Positions 24,647 to 38,454 of a stretch of 64,000 nt of DNA are shown here, one piece after another. The notes beneath the pieces were generated by a model, which saw only the letters and a program-made list of their open reading frames with translations, searched no databases and was not told where the DNA came from. Every line of letters begins with the position of its first letter. The first letter of the stretch is position 1. Source of the DNA: Octopus bimaculoides (lineage: Eukaryota); contig NC_068984.1 of NCBI RefSeq assembly GCF_001194135.2, forward strand, positions 118,109,053-118,173,052, given 5' to 3'. The translations under genes and the position numbers were made by a program.

Positions 24647-25834
24647 CTACAGACATTTGATCGAAATCATTTGACTGAAAATCCACTGAACAAAATAAAG
24701 AATTTTAGTTCATATATTAAAATCAACAATTAATCAAATTATAAGAAATTATTTAAATAATTTCATTTTTAAGCTTTATATTCTCACGTCTTGTTAAATA
24801 TTTAATAACAATGTTTAAAAATAAAATAAAATAAAATAAATTTATAATGATATCGGTATTCGGGTAAATATTGTATAGGTTTCATAGAATTATTTCCACA
24901 ATACTGTAAATATATAGCGGAGCATAACATGAATGCGTGTGGTTTTATTTTATAATTTTGTTGAACTGCGAAATCCTTCGTATATAAAACACATTGGCAT
25001 AATTTTAAATATTCTCTTACTAAAGATGTTGTACCAGCAATGATAAGCACCGTAGACGGCATTAACATGAACTAAAACGATTTTTAAACAGTAACTAACA
25101 GATATGGCACATACCTGCAGTTGCACTAAAACGTTTTAATTTTTTAAATTATTGTAGCCAAACGTAACCTTTACCGTAAACAATTTATTTTAATACATTA
25201 GCATCTTCGATTAACTGTTGATACAAGCAATTATTAAGTCCACCAATTCCAATTTTTTTTTTCTGTTCAACTATTTTCGATAAATTGAAATTGCGTGTAT
25301 GTGTGTGCTTATGTATATATGTATGTTTACACATATTAACACATACAATTATATACAGATTATACAAATGAATATACTGTATGTAAATGGAAACAAATGC
25401 TGCACTAAATCACCTCAGACTCCAATGAAAAATTTCTTAAAAGTTCACTATTTAACTATTAATTTTTACTTTCATTTTGAACTGCTATGAATTCCGACAA
25501 AGTTGTTTAAGCATTAATGAGAATCGTCATTGGATCAAATAATGTATATTAGAAATTTCTGGAGGAGAAATCCACACAGCACTCCGATCAGAATTAAATC
25601 CACTATCAAGTTTCTTTGAAGATCACCCAAGAAGATGTTTACCAAGAACTATTTCTTTGAATGTGCCTGTTCTTCAATAAGTCACATCTATACATATATC
25701 AATAACATGTATGTAGAAGGCTGACAACTGGCCCTTGAAATTCTTCTAAATACATATCGCTAAGAATTTAAAAACCAATATAATAGTGACACATGTCAGA
25801 ATGTTATTTAATGTTACTGTAAATATAAACCCGT

Positions 25835-26221
25835 GGAGTCGCAATGGCCCAGTGGTTAGGGCAGCGGACTCGCGGTCATAGGATCGCGGTTTCGAGTCCC
25901 AAACCGGGCGTTGTGAGTGTTTATTGAGCGAAAACACCTAAAGCTCTACGAGGCTCCGGCAGGGGATGGTGGCGAACCCTGCTGTACTCTTTCACCACAA
26001 CTTTCTCTCGCTCTTACTTCCTGTTTCTGTTGTGCCTGTAATCTAAGGGTCAGCCTTGTCACACTGTGTCACGCTGAATATCTCCGAGAACTACGTTAAG
26101 GGTACACGTGTCTGTGGAGTGCTCAGCCACTTGCACGTTAATTTCACGAGCAGGCTGTTCCGTTGATCGGATCAACTGGAACCCTCGACGTCGTAAGCGA
26201 CGGAGTGCCAACAACAACAAC
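25835..26221 (+). mobile_element. tRNA(Arg)-like-headed SINE family C, full-length with TSD
   Basis: A-box TGGCCCAGTGG, B-box GGTTTCGAGTCCC and (AAC)n tail. The 11-bp TSD AAATATAAACC lies at 25821-25831 and 26222-26232. Confidence 0.93.
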
Positions 26222-26904
26222 AAATATAAACCTATAATCTTATTCCAACACTGTACGGTTTAAGTAATATGGGGAAAAACTGCGTTCAGTTAATACAAAA
26301 CAATGCTGCAATAAGCATGTCCGTTGTCTGCTTTGAACAGTTTTCGTGACTTGAGTTTTTTTCTGGGGTGAGGCTGCTAACCTGCATCCAAACCACGTGT
26401 ATTAAGAAAATAGACTGTAAGTGGAGCTTTGCCTGTTGACTGCTGCTGAAGTCTACAAAATAGAGTGTTAGTCGGCTTCAGTTACGGACACCTGGTTGTT
26501 GGTTTTCTCGGGACTCCTCTGCCCAGGCTGCGATTCCTTCACCGCAGCTCTTGTATGGTATACCTCCTAAGGCCATCCAAGCCACTGAGCAAAGCAACAC
26601 AAATTCAAAGTGCTACATAAGAAGAGAATATTGACAGTGACTAGTTTGAAGTCGCCATGAGCGACCGACAGGGTGCTTGTTATCGCCAATTCTTTTCATA
26701 CTGGTCATTAATTGGGTCCTGAAGAAAGCTATCTAAGGTCAAGGGTTTTAACTGTGAGACCACCGTTATCTTCACTTTTCTCTCACTCTCCCTTCTGTAT
26801 TTATGTCTCTCTCTTCATGTGTTTTCCATTCTCTATCTCTCCCTTTTTCCCTATTCCAGAAAGAGAGAGAGAGAGACAGAGAGAGAGAGACAGAGAGAGA
26901 GAGA

Positions 26905-27231
26905 CAGAGAGAGAGTAAGTAGGTGAGAGAGAGAGAGTAAGTAGGTGAGAGAGAGAGTAAGTAGGTGAGAGAGAGAGAGTAAGTAGGTGAGAGAGAGAGA
27001 GAGAGTAAGTAGGTGAGAGAGAGAGTAAGTAGGTGAGAGAGAGAGTAAGTAGGTGAGAGAGAGAGAGTAAGTAGGTGAGAGAGAGAGTAAGTAGGTGAGA
27101 GAGAGAGAGTAAGTAGGTGAGAGAGAGAGTAAGTAGGTGAGAGAGAGTAAGTAGGTGAGAGAGAGTAAGTAGGTGAGAGAGAGAGTAAGTAGGTGAGAGA
27201 GAGTAAGTAGGTGAGAGAGAGTAAGTAGGTG

Positions 27232-27282
<51 letters not shown>

Positions 27283-27285
27283 AAG
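26905..27285. repeat. Minisatellite (GA)3-6GTAAGTAGGT followed by (AGAC)n
   Basis: Well over a dozen tandem copies of gagagagtaagtaggt are visible. Confidence 0.95.
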
Positions 27286-28760
27286 AAAAGTAGGAAGAAG
27301 GAGTGAAGCAAATAGAAAGAGAAAGAAGGAATAATATCGAAATATTAGAGGCACTGAAGGAGGGAGAAAAACGGAGTTTATTGACCTACATATATAATAA
27401 GAGTGAAAATTGTAATACTGTCTTTCAAGTATTGAGTTCTTTTTACTCGTCCTTGTATGTATCCATGCAGAAAGATGTTTCCTGATACATGTAGATTTTT
27501 TATACATGTGGATTACATTCTTTCAAAGAGGTTTCCACACATTCTCAATCTACCCAATTTTCCTGACAAAGGCTGGGATCGGTTAGATACCATGGTAGAA
27601 GGCATTGCGCGGTAAACAGAACAAGGTGTCTAGTTACGAAGTCAACTTCTCAGTCATTCAAACATGTCTGTATCTTCAGCGACGAAGTAAATCCTGGTAA
27701 AGAGTACAACGAGCAGTTGCTGTTCATAAATTTGAGAGATACCACGAATTAAACCGAAGTCTTCTATCATTGCATTACATACAGCTGTGTTCTGGCATAA
27801 TCCGGATTGGCATTATTCTCGAAAGCCTATTTTACACATCGGTTTGGTTTCATTTTTGAAAAGCATATGTGCAGAAGTCTGATCGTTCAAATTTAAGGTT
27901 GAAATCCTTGTCACATGCAGTTTAGTCCGATTAATCGATTTTTTTTTCTCCTCGCGGCATGAAATCCCTTTTTCTCAACCTTTCTGTCTTTTAGATGCTC
28001 GTTCTTCTCTAGTATCGAATGGACACAAGCCGAGAAACACATAAACACATACGCGCGAACAATAACTTCCTGTAGAAAAAGAATTAAAATAGTTAGAAAG
28101 AGAAAATAAAACGTTCTTAAAATTGTTATAGACACAACTCTCTTATTTTTATTTCCAAACAAATTAAATTACCAGCACGTTGGTGAAACATAACTTCGTT
28201 AAACTAACCATCAAACATGGCGCATGTATAAAATTTCACTGCTTAAATCAATCCACACACACTTTCAAAATATTAATCTGTGTGTGACTTCCTAATCTAG
28301 AACTATACGTATTTTAGCTTTTATTATTTTTTGCTTTTTATCCGATAGTTAAATATGTTTGATACTTCCATGTCGTGTCTTGCTTTCTCGTATTCTTTTG
28401 TTGATAAGAGATTTTCTTGCCCAAATAAATAAATAAATAAATAATAGTATTTCCAATATAAATATGCAATGCGAAAGTTCAAAATTGTCAATAATTCTTC
28501 CAGTAGTTCTCGGTTGAATCAATATTTTTATATAATATCAAATGTATTCGTCCCAAAATCATTTGCTCTTTTATGGAAATTTACATTGTGTTGACGTCAT
28601 AAGAATTTAGAAACTTCAAGAACGTGAAATAATCCTTTTTAGGAACAATGAATCTCGAAGCTAAGAAAACTGTAAATAATAGCCTTCGAAGGCTTCGTTT
28701 TTGTCTATCCAAAGTGTTTTTAATCCAGTATCTACATGCTATTACTAAAGCCTTGTTTAA

Positions 28761-29420
28761 GGCGGCGGGCTGGCAGAATCGTTACCACGCTGGGCAAAAT
28801 GCTGCGCGGCATTTCGTCCATTCTTACGTTCTGAGGTCAAATTCTGCCGAGGTCGACTTTGCCTTTCAGCCTTTCGGGGTCGATGAAATAAGTACCAGTT
28901 AAGGACTGGGGTCGATGTAATCGACTAACCCTCTCCCCAAAATTTCAGGCCTTGTACCAATAGTAAAAAGGATTATTAAATCCTTGTTTAAGGTGGCTGG
29001 CTGGCAGAATCGTTAGCACCCGGGGCAAAATGCTTAGCGGTATTTCGTCTGCTGCTACGTTCTGAGTTCAAATTCCGCCGAGGTCGACTTTGCCTTTCAT
29101 CCCTTTCGGAGTCGATAAATTAAGTACCAGTTACGCACTGGGGTTGATGTAATCAACTTAATCCCTTTGTCTGTCCTTGTTTTTCCACTCTATGTTTAGC
29201 CCCTTGTGGGCAATAAAGAAATAAAAATCGTTAGCACCCTGGGCAAAATGCTTAGCGATGTCTCGTCCGTCCTTACGTTCTGAATTCAAATTCCGCCGAG
29301 GTTGATTTTGCCTTTCATCCTTTCGGGGTCGATAAAATAAATACTTGTTGATTTCTGGGTCGATGTAAGTGACTTATCACCTCCCCTGAAATTGCTAGCC
29401 TTGTGCTAAACTCTGAAACA
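28761..29420 (+). mobile_element. Three head-to-tail SINE family B copies (28761-28976, 28992-29225, 29226-29420)
   Basis: Each carries the GAATCGTTAGCAC...GAGTTCAAATTCCGCCGAGGTCGACTTTGCCTTTCATCC core or close variants. Confidence 0.92.
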
Positions 29421-29949
29421 TAGATAGTATTGACAACGACTTCCAAGTTTTGACCTGTCAATACTCTACAAAAAGTATTGAGTATCCTTCAGGTTTTATC
29501 ATAACTTGCCATAAAAAACATAACTTTCTCTTGGACATTTGGGTAACTGATGGGGTAAGGCAACGTAGAATAAAGTGAAATACTTTCAGTTGATTTGAAC
29601 TCGTGCCTAATGAGTTCTGGTCCAAACTTTATTTACTCGGGAAATTTATATATAATTCGGTTTGATATAAGTATGATCCCCAACAGTTCTTGAGGGTGGA
29701 GGCTAATTATGAGGTGAAATTGTATCATTAGTAAGATTAGGAAGTCACACAGATTATTTTTTTGAAATGAGTTGACTTTCAGATATATGGAAAATTGATC
29801 GTAAACTAGTTTTTTCTCTGTCGCTCAGTACTCAGACAAATATAGTATCATGATTTCTTTTAACCAGGCTAAAAAAAAACATTTGAACAAAGAAATATTT
29901 AAAATGCAAGTCTCCCTGGACATTACCGTCTCGAATTCTAAGACTTATA

Positions 29950-30105
29950 GGACCGGTTACCCGGCGTACAAGTGACCGTGATCACAATATTCCCGCTGAT
30001 TGAGATACCAGTTCGTCACAGGAATACGCATTACCGCTGAGTGAGCAAGAGCAATGTGAAGTGAAATGTTTCACTCAAGAACACAACGTACCACCCAGTC
30101 CACTC
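29950..30105 (-). mobile_element. Degenerate SINE fragment
   Basis: gagcaatgtgaagtgaaatgtttcactcaagaacacaacg is reverse-complementary to the TGTGTTCTTGAGCAAAACACTT-type core at about 19750. Confidence 0.5.
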
Positions 30106-30419
30106 AAATCGCCAGACGACGCGCCTTTACCAAAGAAATATTAGAGAAATAAAAACGATACGTTGTGACATTAAAACTTTCCCTAAGTGCTTTAACGTAT
30201 GTATAAACGAATGATGAGAAAGGGGAATTGACAGGGGAAATGAATACAGGGAAGGCTCTACTAAAAAAAAACAAAAAAACATAGTAAACAAACATTAAAA
30301 CAGCATAAATGAAATTTGGAGACATGAAGTCTTGTGATAAAACAAAGACGATCTAAAACTTGATAATACTTGCTAACTGTTATTTTCTCTTTACATAAAC
30401 ACTTTTTATTTCAGTATTA

Positions 30420-30775
30420 TAGTGCTTCCCAACCCCGCGGTTTTAGGTTCGCATCGCGGCCACTTGGGGAAGTGTTTTTTAGTATAGTCCCGGGCTGACC
30501 AAAGCCTTGTGAGTGGGGTTTGGTGTACAGAAACTGAAAGAAGACCGCAGTGTGCATGTATGTATGTATGTATGTATTTGTGTTGTGTCTGTCCTCTACC
30601 ACAACTTGACAACCAATGTTGTTTTGCTTACATCCCCGTAACTTAGCGGTTCGGTAAAAGAGGCCTATAGAATTTTAAAAAAAAGATGTACTAGAGTCGA
30701 CATAGTCGACAAAGACCTTCAAGGCAACGCCTCAGCATGACCACAGTCCAAACAAGTAAAAGATTAGAAATAAAA
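30420..30775 (+). mobile_element. SINE family A, 5'-degenerate
   Basis: ccaaagccttgtgagtgg...gaaactgaaagaag...ccccgtaacttagcggttcgg matches family A. Confidence 0.85.
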
Positions 30776-31334
30776 CATCGTAAGAATAGTTTCCAAGTCT
30801 TTGCCTAGCTGATTCATGTCGATTTGGATGAAAGAAGAATTTTCCAAGTGGAACTCAAACTCAGATCCTATGTATTATAAAAGATTAAAATATTGCGATA
30901 TATTGTTGTTGTCGTTGTTGTTTAGATCCAGGTCAGACTTAAACAACAGGCTCAATAGTCTTTAACTCAAACTTAATAAATCTATGCCCATGATGTATCT
31001 TTACTTGCAAGGACAACAGTTCTCATCCAAAGGATTCAGGGGGACCCCTTTGGAGAGGTTCCACAAAGATAGTACTGAAGATCTATAAGCTGTAGAAAAT
31101 TACCTCACTACATAGTTATGTGTGCAGACTTCCTCCTAGCTGTTTTTCTATAATCAGAATATGGAACCAGGAATGAATGAGGAACCTATTCTACAATTAA
31201 AAGTACCTTCTGTTGAACCCGAATTTCAAAAAACCACATCAACGAAGCAACTTTAAATTTTTCATTAAACAAGATATATTTTTAATACTGTCATTTATAT
31301 AATTATATATTCACTTACATATATTTTGTTGTGT

Positions 31335-31748
31335 CTTGAGAGAGCCATTACGCCAATATTAAAATACACACAGGTTCAATTCCACTTCTTTATTGTTAGT
31401 CAATAGTTGAAATATCTAACCAACTCACTAATCGATCGTTTGTTTAATGTGATGGTTAAACAATCAATTGGTTGTTTATTAGTCAAAGTTCTTACGTTGC
31501 TGTTCACGACCTTTTCTCTGACAGACTCAGAGCAGACATTGGAGCGAGAATAGAAGTTACTAAGTCACTGAAAAGATCGCAAATAGCGGTGAATGAACTA
31601 ACAAATAACCAACTGATTGTTTAACCAACACATTAAACAAACGATTGATAAATTAGCTGGTTAGATATGTAATCAATCGACTAACAATAAAGAAGGGGAA
31701 TTGAACCTGTGCGTGTTTTATTATTGTTGGCGTAATGACTCTTCCAAA
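31335..31748. repeat. Foldback element: imperfect inverted arms of about 185 bp with a 41-nt spacer
   Basis: 31335-31522 is reverse-complementary to 31564-31748 (for example gagccattacgccaa / ttggcgtaatgactc and caggttcaattcc / ggaattgaacctg). Confidence 0.85.
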
Positions 31749-32904
31749 ACTCACGAATTCACATCAAAAATCTTGCAAACCAAATACAAAAACTTACATA
31801 TATATATATATATCTGGTTAATAACATCTACCTGTTGAGTAGATAGGAATTTCAGAATCTTGGACTTCGTAAGAAAATTTATTTAAATAGAAGGTCCTTA
31901 GTAGTGAAAATGTTAGAAACTATTGTAGTAGAGTTTGATTTAAAGGATATATCACTGCTATTTCCAGTGAATTGAGTGATCACAAAGTGGAGGCATCGGC
32001 AAATTTCTTCAAAAAGCTAGTTGCATGAGACATGGCTCATTTTCAGACAGGACGAAAAAATTCAAGGTAATTTTTCGTTAGGTGTGCCATTCAAAAATTC
32101 TCGCGGGCTGAAGGTTGTCTATGACTGGAATAGAGACACCCTCGTAGGTATGTTGTGTTTGTTCTAAACAGATATGAGGAGTAACGACAGAATAAATAAC
32201 TTCATAGTTGAATACAACATTACCAACGGAAGAAAAAAAAAACAATGAAAAACATTAAATATGGACATAATCTTCTTCTGTACCATATAAGAATTATGGG
32301 ACTAGAATATGAAATAACTTGTAGTTACTTGTATTAATTTTTGTGTTCTTGTAATTGTTTTGCTGTTTTATCTTTTATTTATGTATTTATCTATTTATTT
32401 ATTGTTTTCGGGAGAAAGAAGGTTATTCATGTCGGCATTAGTTCGATTCTGCAAAAAAAAAAAGACAAAGAAAAGAAATTTCAGCTGTCAATGCTTTGGA
32501 TAATTGTCAGTAGAAAATTTTTAACAAGAAAGATATTGGTTTTTCGATTCGACGCATTGTCACAGCATCTTGTTTTATTTTATGTATAAGTTGTTTGCTG
32601 CCGTTGCTGCTGCTGCTGCTGCTGCTGTTGATATTGCTGTTGTTGTCGTTGTTGCTGTTGTTGCTGTTTGTTGATGTTGTTTCTGCTGCTGTTGTTTAAT
32701 GACAGTTATCTTCTCCGAATCAATAAAAGCGAAAATGCTGAAGATGTGTCCATTGCAAGAATGGACTGGCTTACTGAATAGTTCAAGTAATAAGAATCGA
32801 TAAAGCATAACTGTACATTCTTGTCATCTTCAAGGCTACTGTAGATTTATAGATTTGCTTTCGCTTTTCAGAAATTCACCCATTTTTACAATGAATTATA
32901 TAAG

Positions 32905-33369
32905 GCGCTAGCGTGACTGTGCGGTTAAGAAGCTCACTTAGTAACCACGTGGTTTTCAGTTCAGTCCTACAGCTCAGTACCTCCTTCTACAACTCAGGAC
33001 CGACCAATGCCATATTAGTGAATTTGGTAGACAGAAACTGTATGGGGGTCGACTTTGCCTTTCATCCTTTCGAAGTCGATAAATTAAGTACCAGTTACGC
33101 ACTGGGGTCGATGTAATCGACTTAATCCCTTTGTCTGTCCTTGTTTGTCCCCTCTGTGTTTAGCCCCCTGTGGGCAGTAAAGAAATAAGGAACTGTATGG
33201 GAGTCCGTTATGTGTGTGTGTATTCTTTTATTCATTTACTTGTTTCACTCATTTGATTGCGACCATGCTAGCGCACCGCCTTAAAGGGATTTTTAGTCGA
33301 AGAAATCGATCCCAGGACTTATTCTTTGTAAGCCTAATACTTATTCTATCGGTATCCTTTGCTGAACAG
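32905..33369. mobile_element. Nested SINEs: family A head (+) interrupted by a 5'-truncated family B copy (33047-33190), then a family A tail (-)
   Basis: The 11-bp TSD AACTGTATGGG at 33036-33046 and 33191-33201 flanks the family B insert. Confidence 0.88.
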
Positions 33370-33924
33370 NNNNNNNNNNNNNNNNNNNNNNNNNNNNNNN
33401 NNNNNNNNNNNNNNNNNNNNNNNNNNNNNNNNNNNNNNNNNNNNNNNNNNNNNNNNNNNNNNNNNNNNNNNNNNNNNNNNNNNNNNNNNNNNNNNNNNNN
33501 NNNNNNNNNNNNNNNNNNNNNNNNNNNNNNNNNNNNNNNNNNNNNNNNNNNNNNNNNNNNNNNNNNNNNNNNNNNNNNNNNNNNNNNNNNNNNNNNNNNN
33601 NNNNNNNNNNNNNNNNNNNNNNNNNNNNNNNNNNNNNNNNNNNNNNNNNNNNNNNNNNNNNNNNNNNNNNNNNNNNNNNNNNNNNNNNNNNNNNNNNNNN
33701 NNNNNNNNNNNNNNNNNNNNNNNNNNNNNNNNNNNNNNNNNNNNNNNNNNNNNNNNNNNNNNNNNNNNNNNNNNNNNNNNNNNNNNNNNNNNNNNNNNNN
33801 NNNNNNNNNNNNNNNNNNNNNNNNNNNNNNNNNNNNNNNNNNNNNNNNNNNNNNNNNNNNNNNNNNNNNNNNNNNNNNNNNNNNNNNNNNNNNNNNNNNN
33901 NNNNNNATTAAAACGAAAGCTAAA

Positions 33925-33982
<58 letters not shown>

Positions 33983-35854
33983 GCATACACACATAGAAAT
34001 GCATAATGGAAATGTAATGAACAATAAAACAGGAGAAACAATCTTTGACAAAAGAAGCTGGCTTAATGCTTTAATGGAAAGAAAAACTGATTGAGCGTTC
34101 GAGACGTTAATCCTTTATCAGGAAAGAGAGACAGAAAGAGAGAGAGAGAAACAAACGAAGTGAGAAAAAATAGCTGCTAAGGGGGAAAAACGGGCAAAGG
34201 GTTCAAATCCAGACGACAATATGTACATATGTATGACATATATATATTTGCATATATGCATACACATACATATATGTATGCACGCATGTATGTATGCATG
34301 TATGTAAGTTTGTTTGCAGGCATGTATGTATGTATGTTTGTATGTATGCATGGATACATGTATTTATGCATGCGTGCATGCATGTATGTATATATTTATG
34401 TATGTAGGTATGTATGCATGCATACATATATGTATTTATGAATGCATGCATGCATGCATATATGTATACATGTATACATGTAGGTAGGTATGCATGTTTG
34501 TATGTATGCGTGCATGTGTTTATGCATATCTCTTTCAGTGATCTCACGATTGTTTCAATGATCTCATTAAAAATTTTACAAAGATGTATTAACATAAGAT
34601 TGTAGCATTTTATATAAAAATAAAATCATATCTTCAGAAGCTTAAAAAAACAAACAAACAAAACAAAACAGGATTAATGTATTTTATTGCACCTGGATAC
34701 AGCGTAGAATCTTGCTCAAACAAAATGAAGATATTTTTAAAGACAATGTATGGTATGCGTCGTGCTTTCTGTTCTTCCGTCCTGCTGTTTGTTACGCACT
34801 CAGAGCAAGATGATTTGAAAGAAATTTATTCATTTTGTAATCTTTAGTCAGGAAGGAAGATAAGGTTAATTATTCCCACCACCACTCGCACCCTCGCTGC
34901 CTGATTGTGTGAGACCAAACGATGTATTAAATCTACCGCCCATATCGATTTAATCCATGGTGAGATTTGAACCCAGGAAGCAAAGGGTTGAAAAAAATAC
35001 CATTAGTTACATGGTCTGATGTCCTTCTAGTTCTGCCGATCTACTACGTTGCATTGAGACGTTTTCATCAACTCCGATTGGGGGAAATGCAACAGTTGCT
35101 TACGGTGGGGATCGAATTCAAGACCCCGAGAGTCAGAACAAATACTGCATAGCATTCTTTCTGAATCTCTAACGAGCCTGCTACTTTGCCGCCCGCAGAA
35201 GCTAACTAGAAATAAACAAAACAGTCAATTTATTAAATTTATTCATTAAATTCACATCTGCAACGTAACAAAACTGAGGTTTGAGTTTTCTTTTTGTCCA
35301 TGTTTATATTTTTTTTTCTCGGGGGAAGAAGTGAAGACGTAAAGAAAACAAGAAAGGTAATAAAAATAGAGATTTACTAAAGTCTTCAGTCTCTGGAGGC
35401 AGTTATTCTGTCGTTAATATATTCCGATTTATTGAATACATTTCCTCCAAACACTTGAAACTGCTTATTTTTGAGGTGGCTAAATTGTTTTGCAAAAACT
35501 TACTCAGTAAACATACACTATGCATATTCTATACTGCATATAGAGCAGTAAAATCATCCAAGCAAATACAAATATTGTAGAATGTAGGAAACAAAATATT
35601 CTAAAAATAAACGCTTTCAGTTAAATGCTTGGAGTTCCTGGTGGCAGTTATTGCAAGGGAGACAATCGCTACTAGATAAGAAATGATGGCGAGGTGATAA
35701 GTTTGAATTTTTGATTTAAGAGAAACGGTTTTAGTTAAATAGTTTTAAAAGATAATTTATTAAGCCTTCACCGAAAAAAACAAAACAAAAAAAAAGCTTA
35801 CGTTTCAATAATTCACCCAATAATTTACCCAAGCACATAACGTGACAAATTTCC

Positions 35855-36243
35855 TGTTTGTATTTGGTTTGCAAGATTCTTGATGGGAATCCATGTGTTG
35901 AAACAAATTTTGTGCCTAGGGAAGGTCATTGCTCAAAAAAAATAATAAAAATAAGCACACAGAGTGTTTCAATACTACTTCCTTATTTCATCAACTAACT
36001 ATCCAATGGTTTGTTTAATGTACTGCTTGAACAATCAATTGTTCGTTAGTTTTCTCTGTCATTCCGTATACATTTTCTTCTCGATGTTCAACATTGGATA
36101 ATTAGTAAAACAAAGAAGAGGAATTGAACCAGTGCGGGTGTTTATTTTTATTTTTATTGGCATAATGAACCTCCCAAAACACAACAAGATTCGTTTCAAC
36201 ATACGAACTCCCATCAGAAATCTTGCTAACCAAATACAAAAAC
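35855..36243. repeat. Second foldback element of the same family as 31335-31748
   Basis: 35855-36008 is inverted to 36092-36243 (tgtatttggtttgcaaga / tcttgctaaccaaataca). A further arm fragment lies at about 36500-36600. Confidence 0.75.
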
Positions 36244-38380
36244 GAAATAAAATAAGCTCTCGCCAAGCTAGCAAGACGTTGAACAATATTCTGCTGTCTA
36301 AAAACCAGAATAACTACCCGACAGTTTCGCTTTATTAAAGAATGCATCCCCTCCAGGTTGTACACTAACTCCATTAATTCGGTAAAGACTCAGACTTACG
36401 GTATACCAGACAGGAAAATTAAAGCGCACGATGTTGCTGAACATCATGAGAAAAATATACTTGGAATGACAGAAAAAAACTAACAACCGGTTGATTCTTC
36501 TCATTGGATAGTTAAGTGGTAAAACAAAGAAGCGGTATTGAACCAATGCGTGTGTTTTATAATTTGTTTGGTATAATGACCCTCCCTAGAAACAACAAAA
36601 TATGACATGTTTTTCTGAAAAGGAGAGTAGAGGTAAGGTTAATAAATTTTCAATTTTGTTTTTCAAAGACTCTTTATTTAAACTGAATATGATTTATATC
36701 AAAGGTAGCATTTTAAATAGATAAACAATTAAAACTTTTGCCTTTTTGCTTTCAGCAAATCGACTAATAACGAACTAATACATATGAAGTGGCAAACAGC
36801 TTCCAAAATATTATGAGATGTACAGGAGCGGAATCTAAACTGAATAGATTTTCTATTAAAAGTAGTATTTTAAATGGATAAACAACACCCAGATTATTAT
36901 GACATGCACACTAGCGCTCAACATAGCAAGGAGATGAGAGGAATATGACATGCAAATTAGACAATAACTTCCCGACAGTCGAGAAGCTCTTGACAATTCT
37001 TGGTTGCGATTGTAATTGCCTAATGGGAATAGTTTATTTAATAAACAAGTTACTGATGCAACTATTCAAGACGTCTATAGAAACTGTCACTTCTGTATTA
37101 TGGCAGATATCTAGATGCCTTCAAATACAAGACTTTATTACGTACATGTAGCAGATAGCTGCTATGACCTTATTAAAATCCTGTTGTAGTTCATTTATTC
37201 GATAGCGTGAGATTCTGAAACGTTTGTTCGTATTTCCATTCAGGCACTTTGCTAGGATACTTATTCTCTGTTGGTAATTTCTCAGAGAAGGTCAAGAATG
37301 TGTGAATTGCGTGTGAGGTTCTAATTTTCGTATTGCTCATCAAATGACACACTTGAAATGTTAATTTAAGACTGGGATCCTAGAAGTAACAAGGAAGTAG
37401 CAAGAAATCTAGTTGTATTCCAATAAATAATTCTAGGTATCTTTATAGACCCAGGATGTTATAGAATCGTATTTAAAAAAATGCAGAGAAAGAAGGGGGA
37501 AACAAAAGTATACGTGAAATCAGTCATCGTTCGGAGAGAGCGAAGAAGAAAGATTATATGGAAAAGTTGATTGAAAACAAATCTTGACCACCAAATTTCC
37601 TCTTCACTCCAAATATTAAGCATCTTCTTCAATCTTCAATGTTAAAAAATACTTCAGTCCCAGCCTGTTTGATTTGCCAGAAGTCTGAGACACACATTAA
37701 GAAGATTTTCACATATTTTTAGCGGTTGTTTCTACAAGCATTGTAGGCCAAACACAAAAATAGGCTACCTGACTAATTGGCAATGACTCACCAATATGTT
37801 AAGACGATCATCCAACGAAATACACTGCTTCTATACTGCATATAAAATAGGATACATGGTTGGTTGGCAAAGACTCACTCACCGACATGCTATTAACACC
37901 AAACTTCAACTGCTCATTCTCTGAATGAGCAAGCCTACAAAGACCGACCTATTACATCCATCTTTACCTCTCTCCCCACTATTACTGTGCATCATCTCAT
38001 ATATTCTGCAATAAATATTTCTGAGTCCATATGCGTTACAAATGCTACCCTCTAAACTTTCGTCGCCATATTGATATTTCTCTGCTTATGTTGGCCTGGA
38101 GAAGTTCAAGATGATCCAAAACTATATTCGTTCAACATTCAAAAAAATCATAAACCTTTTACTTCTTCATTGGGCTAATTAAAAAACAATTTGTATTACA
38201 TAACATAAAGTATTACATGGAGAGAGAATGAAAGATAACTTTATGTCTTCAGGAGAACTTACCTCAATCCTTTATATATTAACCAAAATGAAGTAGATTG
38301 ACAAAATTATTTTTTTGAACCGGTTGACGACACACAAGATGTCAAAATATCGTTCACTAGATAACATTGGCACTCTTCTT

Positions 38381-38382
<2 letters not shown>

Positions 38383-38454
<72 letters not shown>

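Noticed and set aside
25835-25910. tRNA-Arg-like sequence
   Set aside because: It lacks a proper acceptor stem and continues into a SINE body with an (AAC)n tail and an 11-bp TSD, so it is a SINE head, not a tRNA gene.
26905-27235. Regular repeat array superficially like CRISPR
   Set aside because: The units are GTAAGTAGGT separated only by variable (GA)n, with no unique spacers or cas genes, in a eukaryotic context. The GTAAGT donor-like motif is incidental.
34087-34121. Hammerhead-like CTGATAA-AGGA..TCTC-GAAC (minus)
   Set aside because: Both conserved boxes are mutated (G8 lost, GAAA broken); at most a dead remnant.
21345-37260. Short AG...GT phase-1 micro-exon candidates (near 21350-21385 and 37225-37255) that would join the 8944 exon in frame
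   Set aside because: Such 30-36 nt AG/GT windows are common by chance in AT-rich DNA, and the joined peptide matches nothing I recognise.
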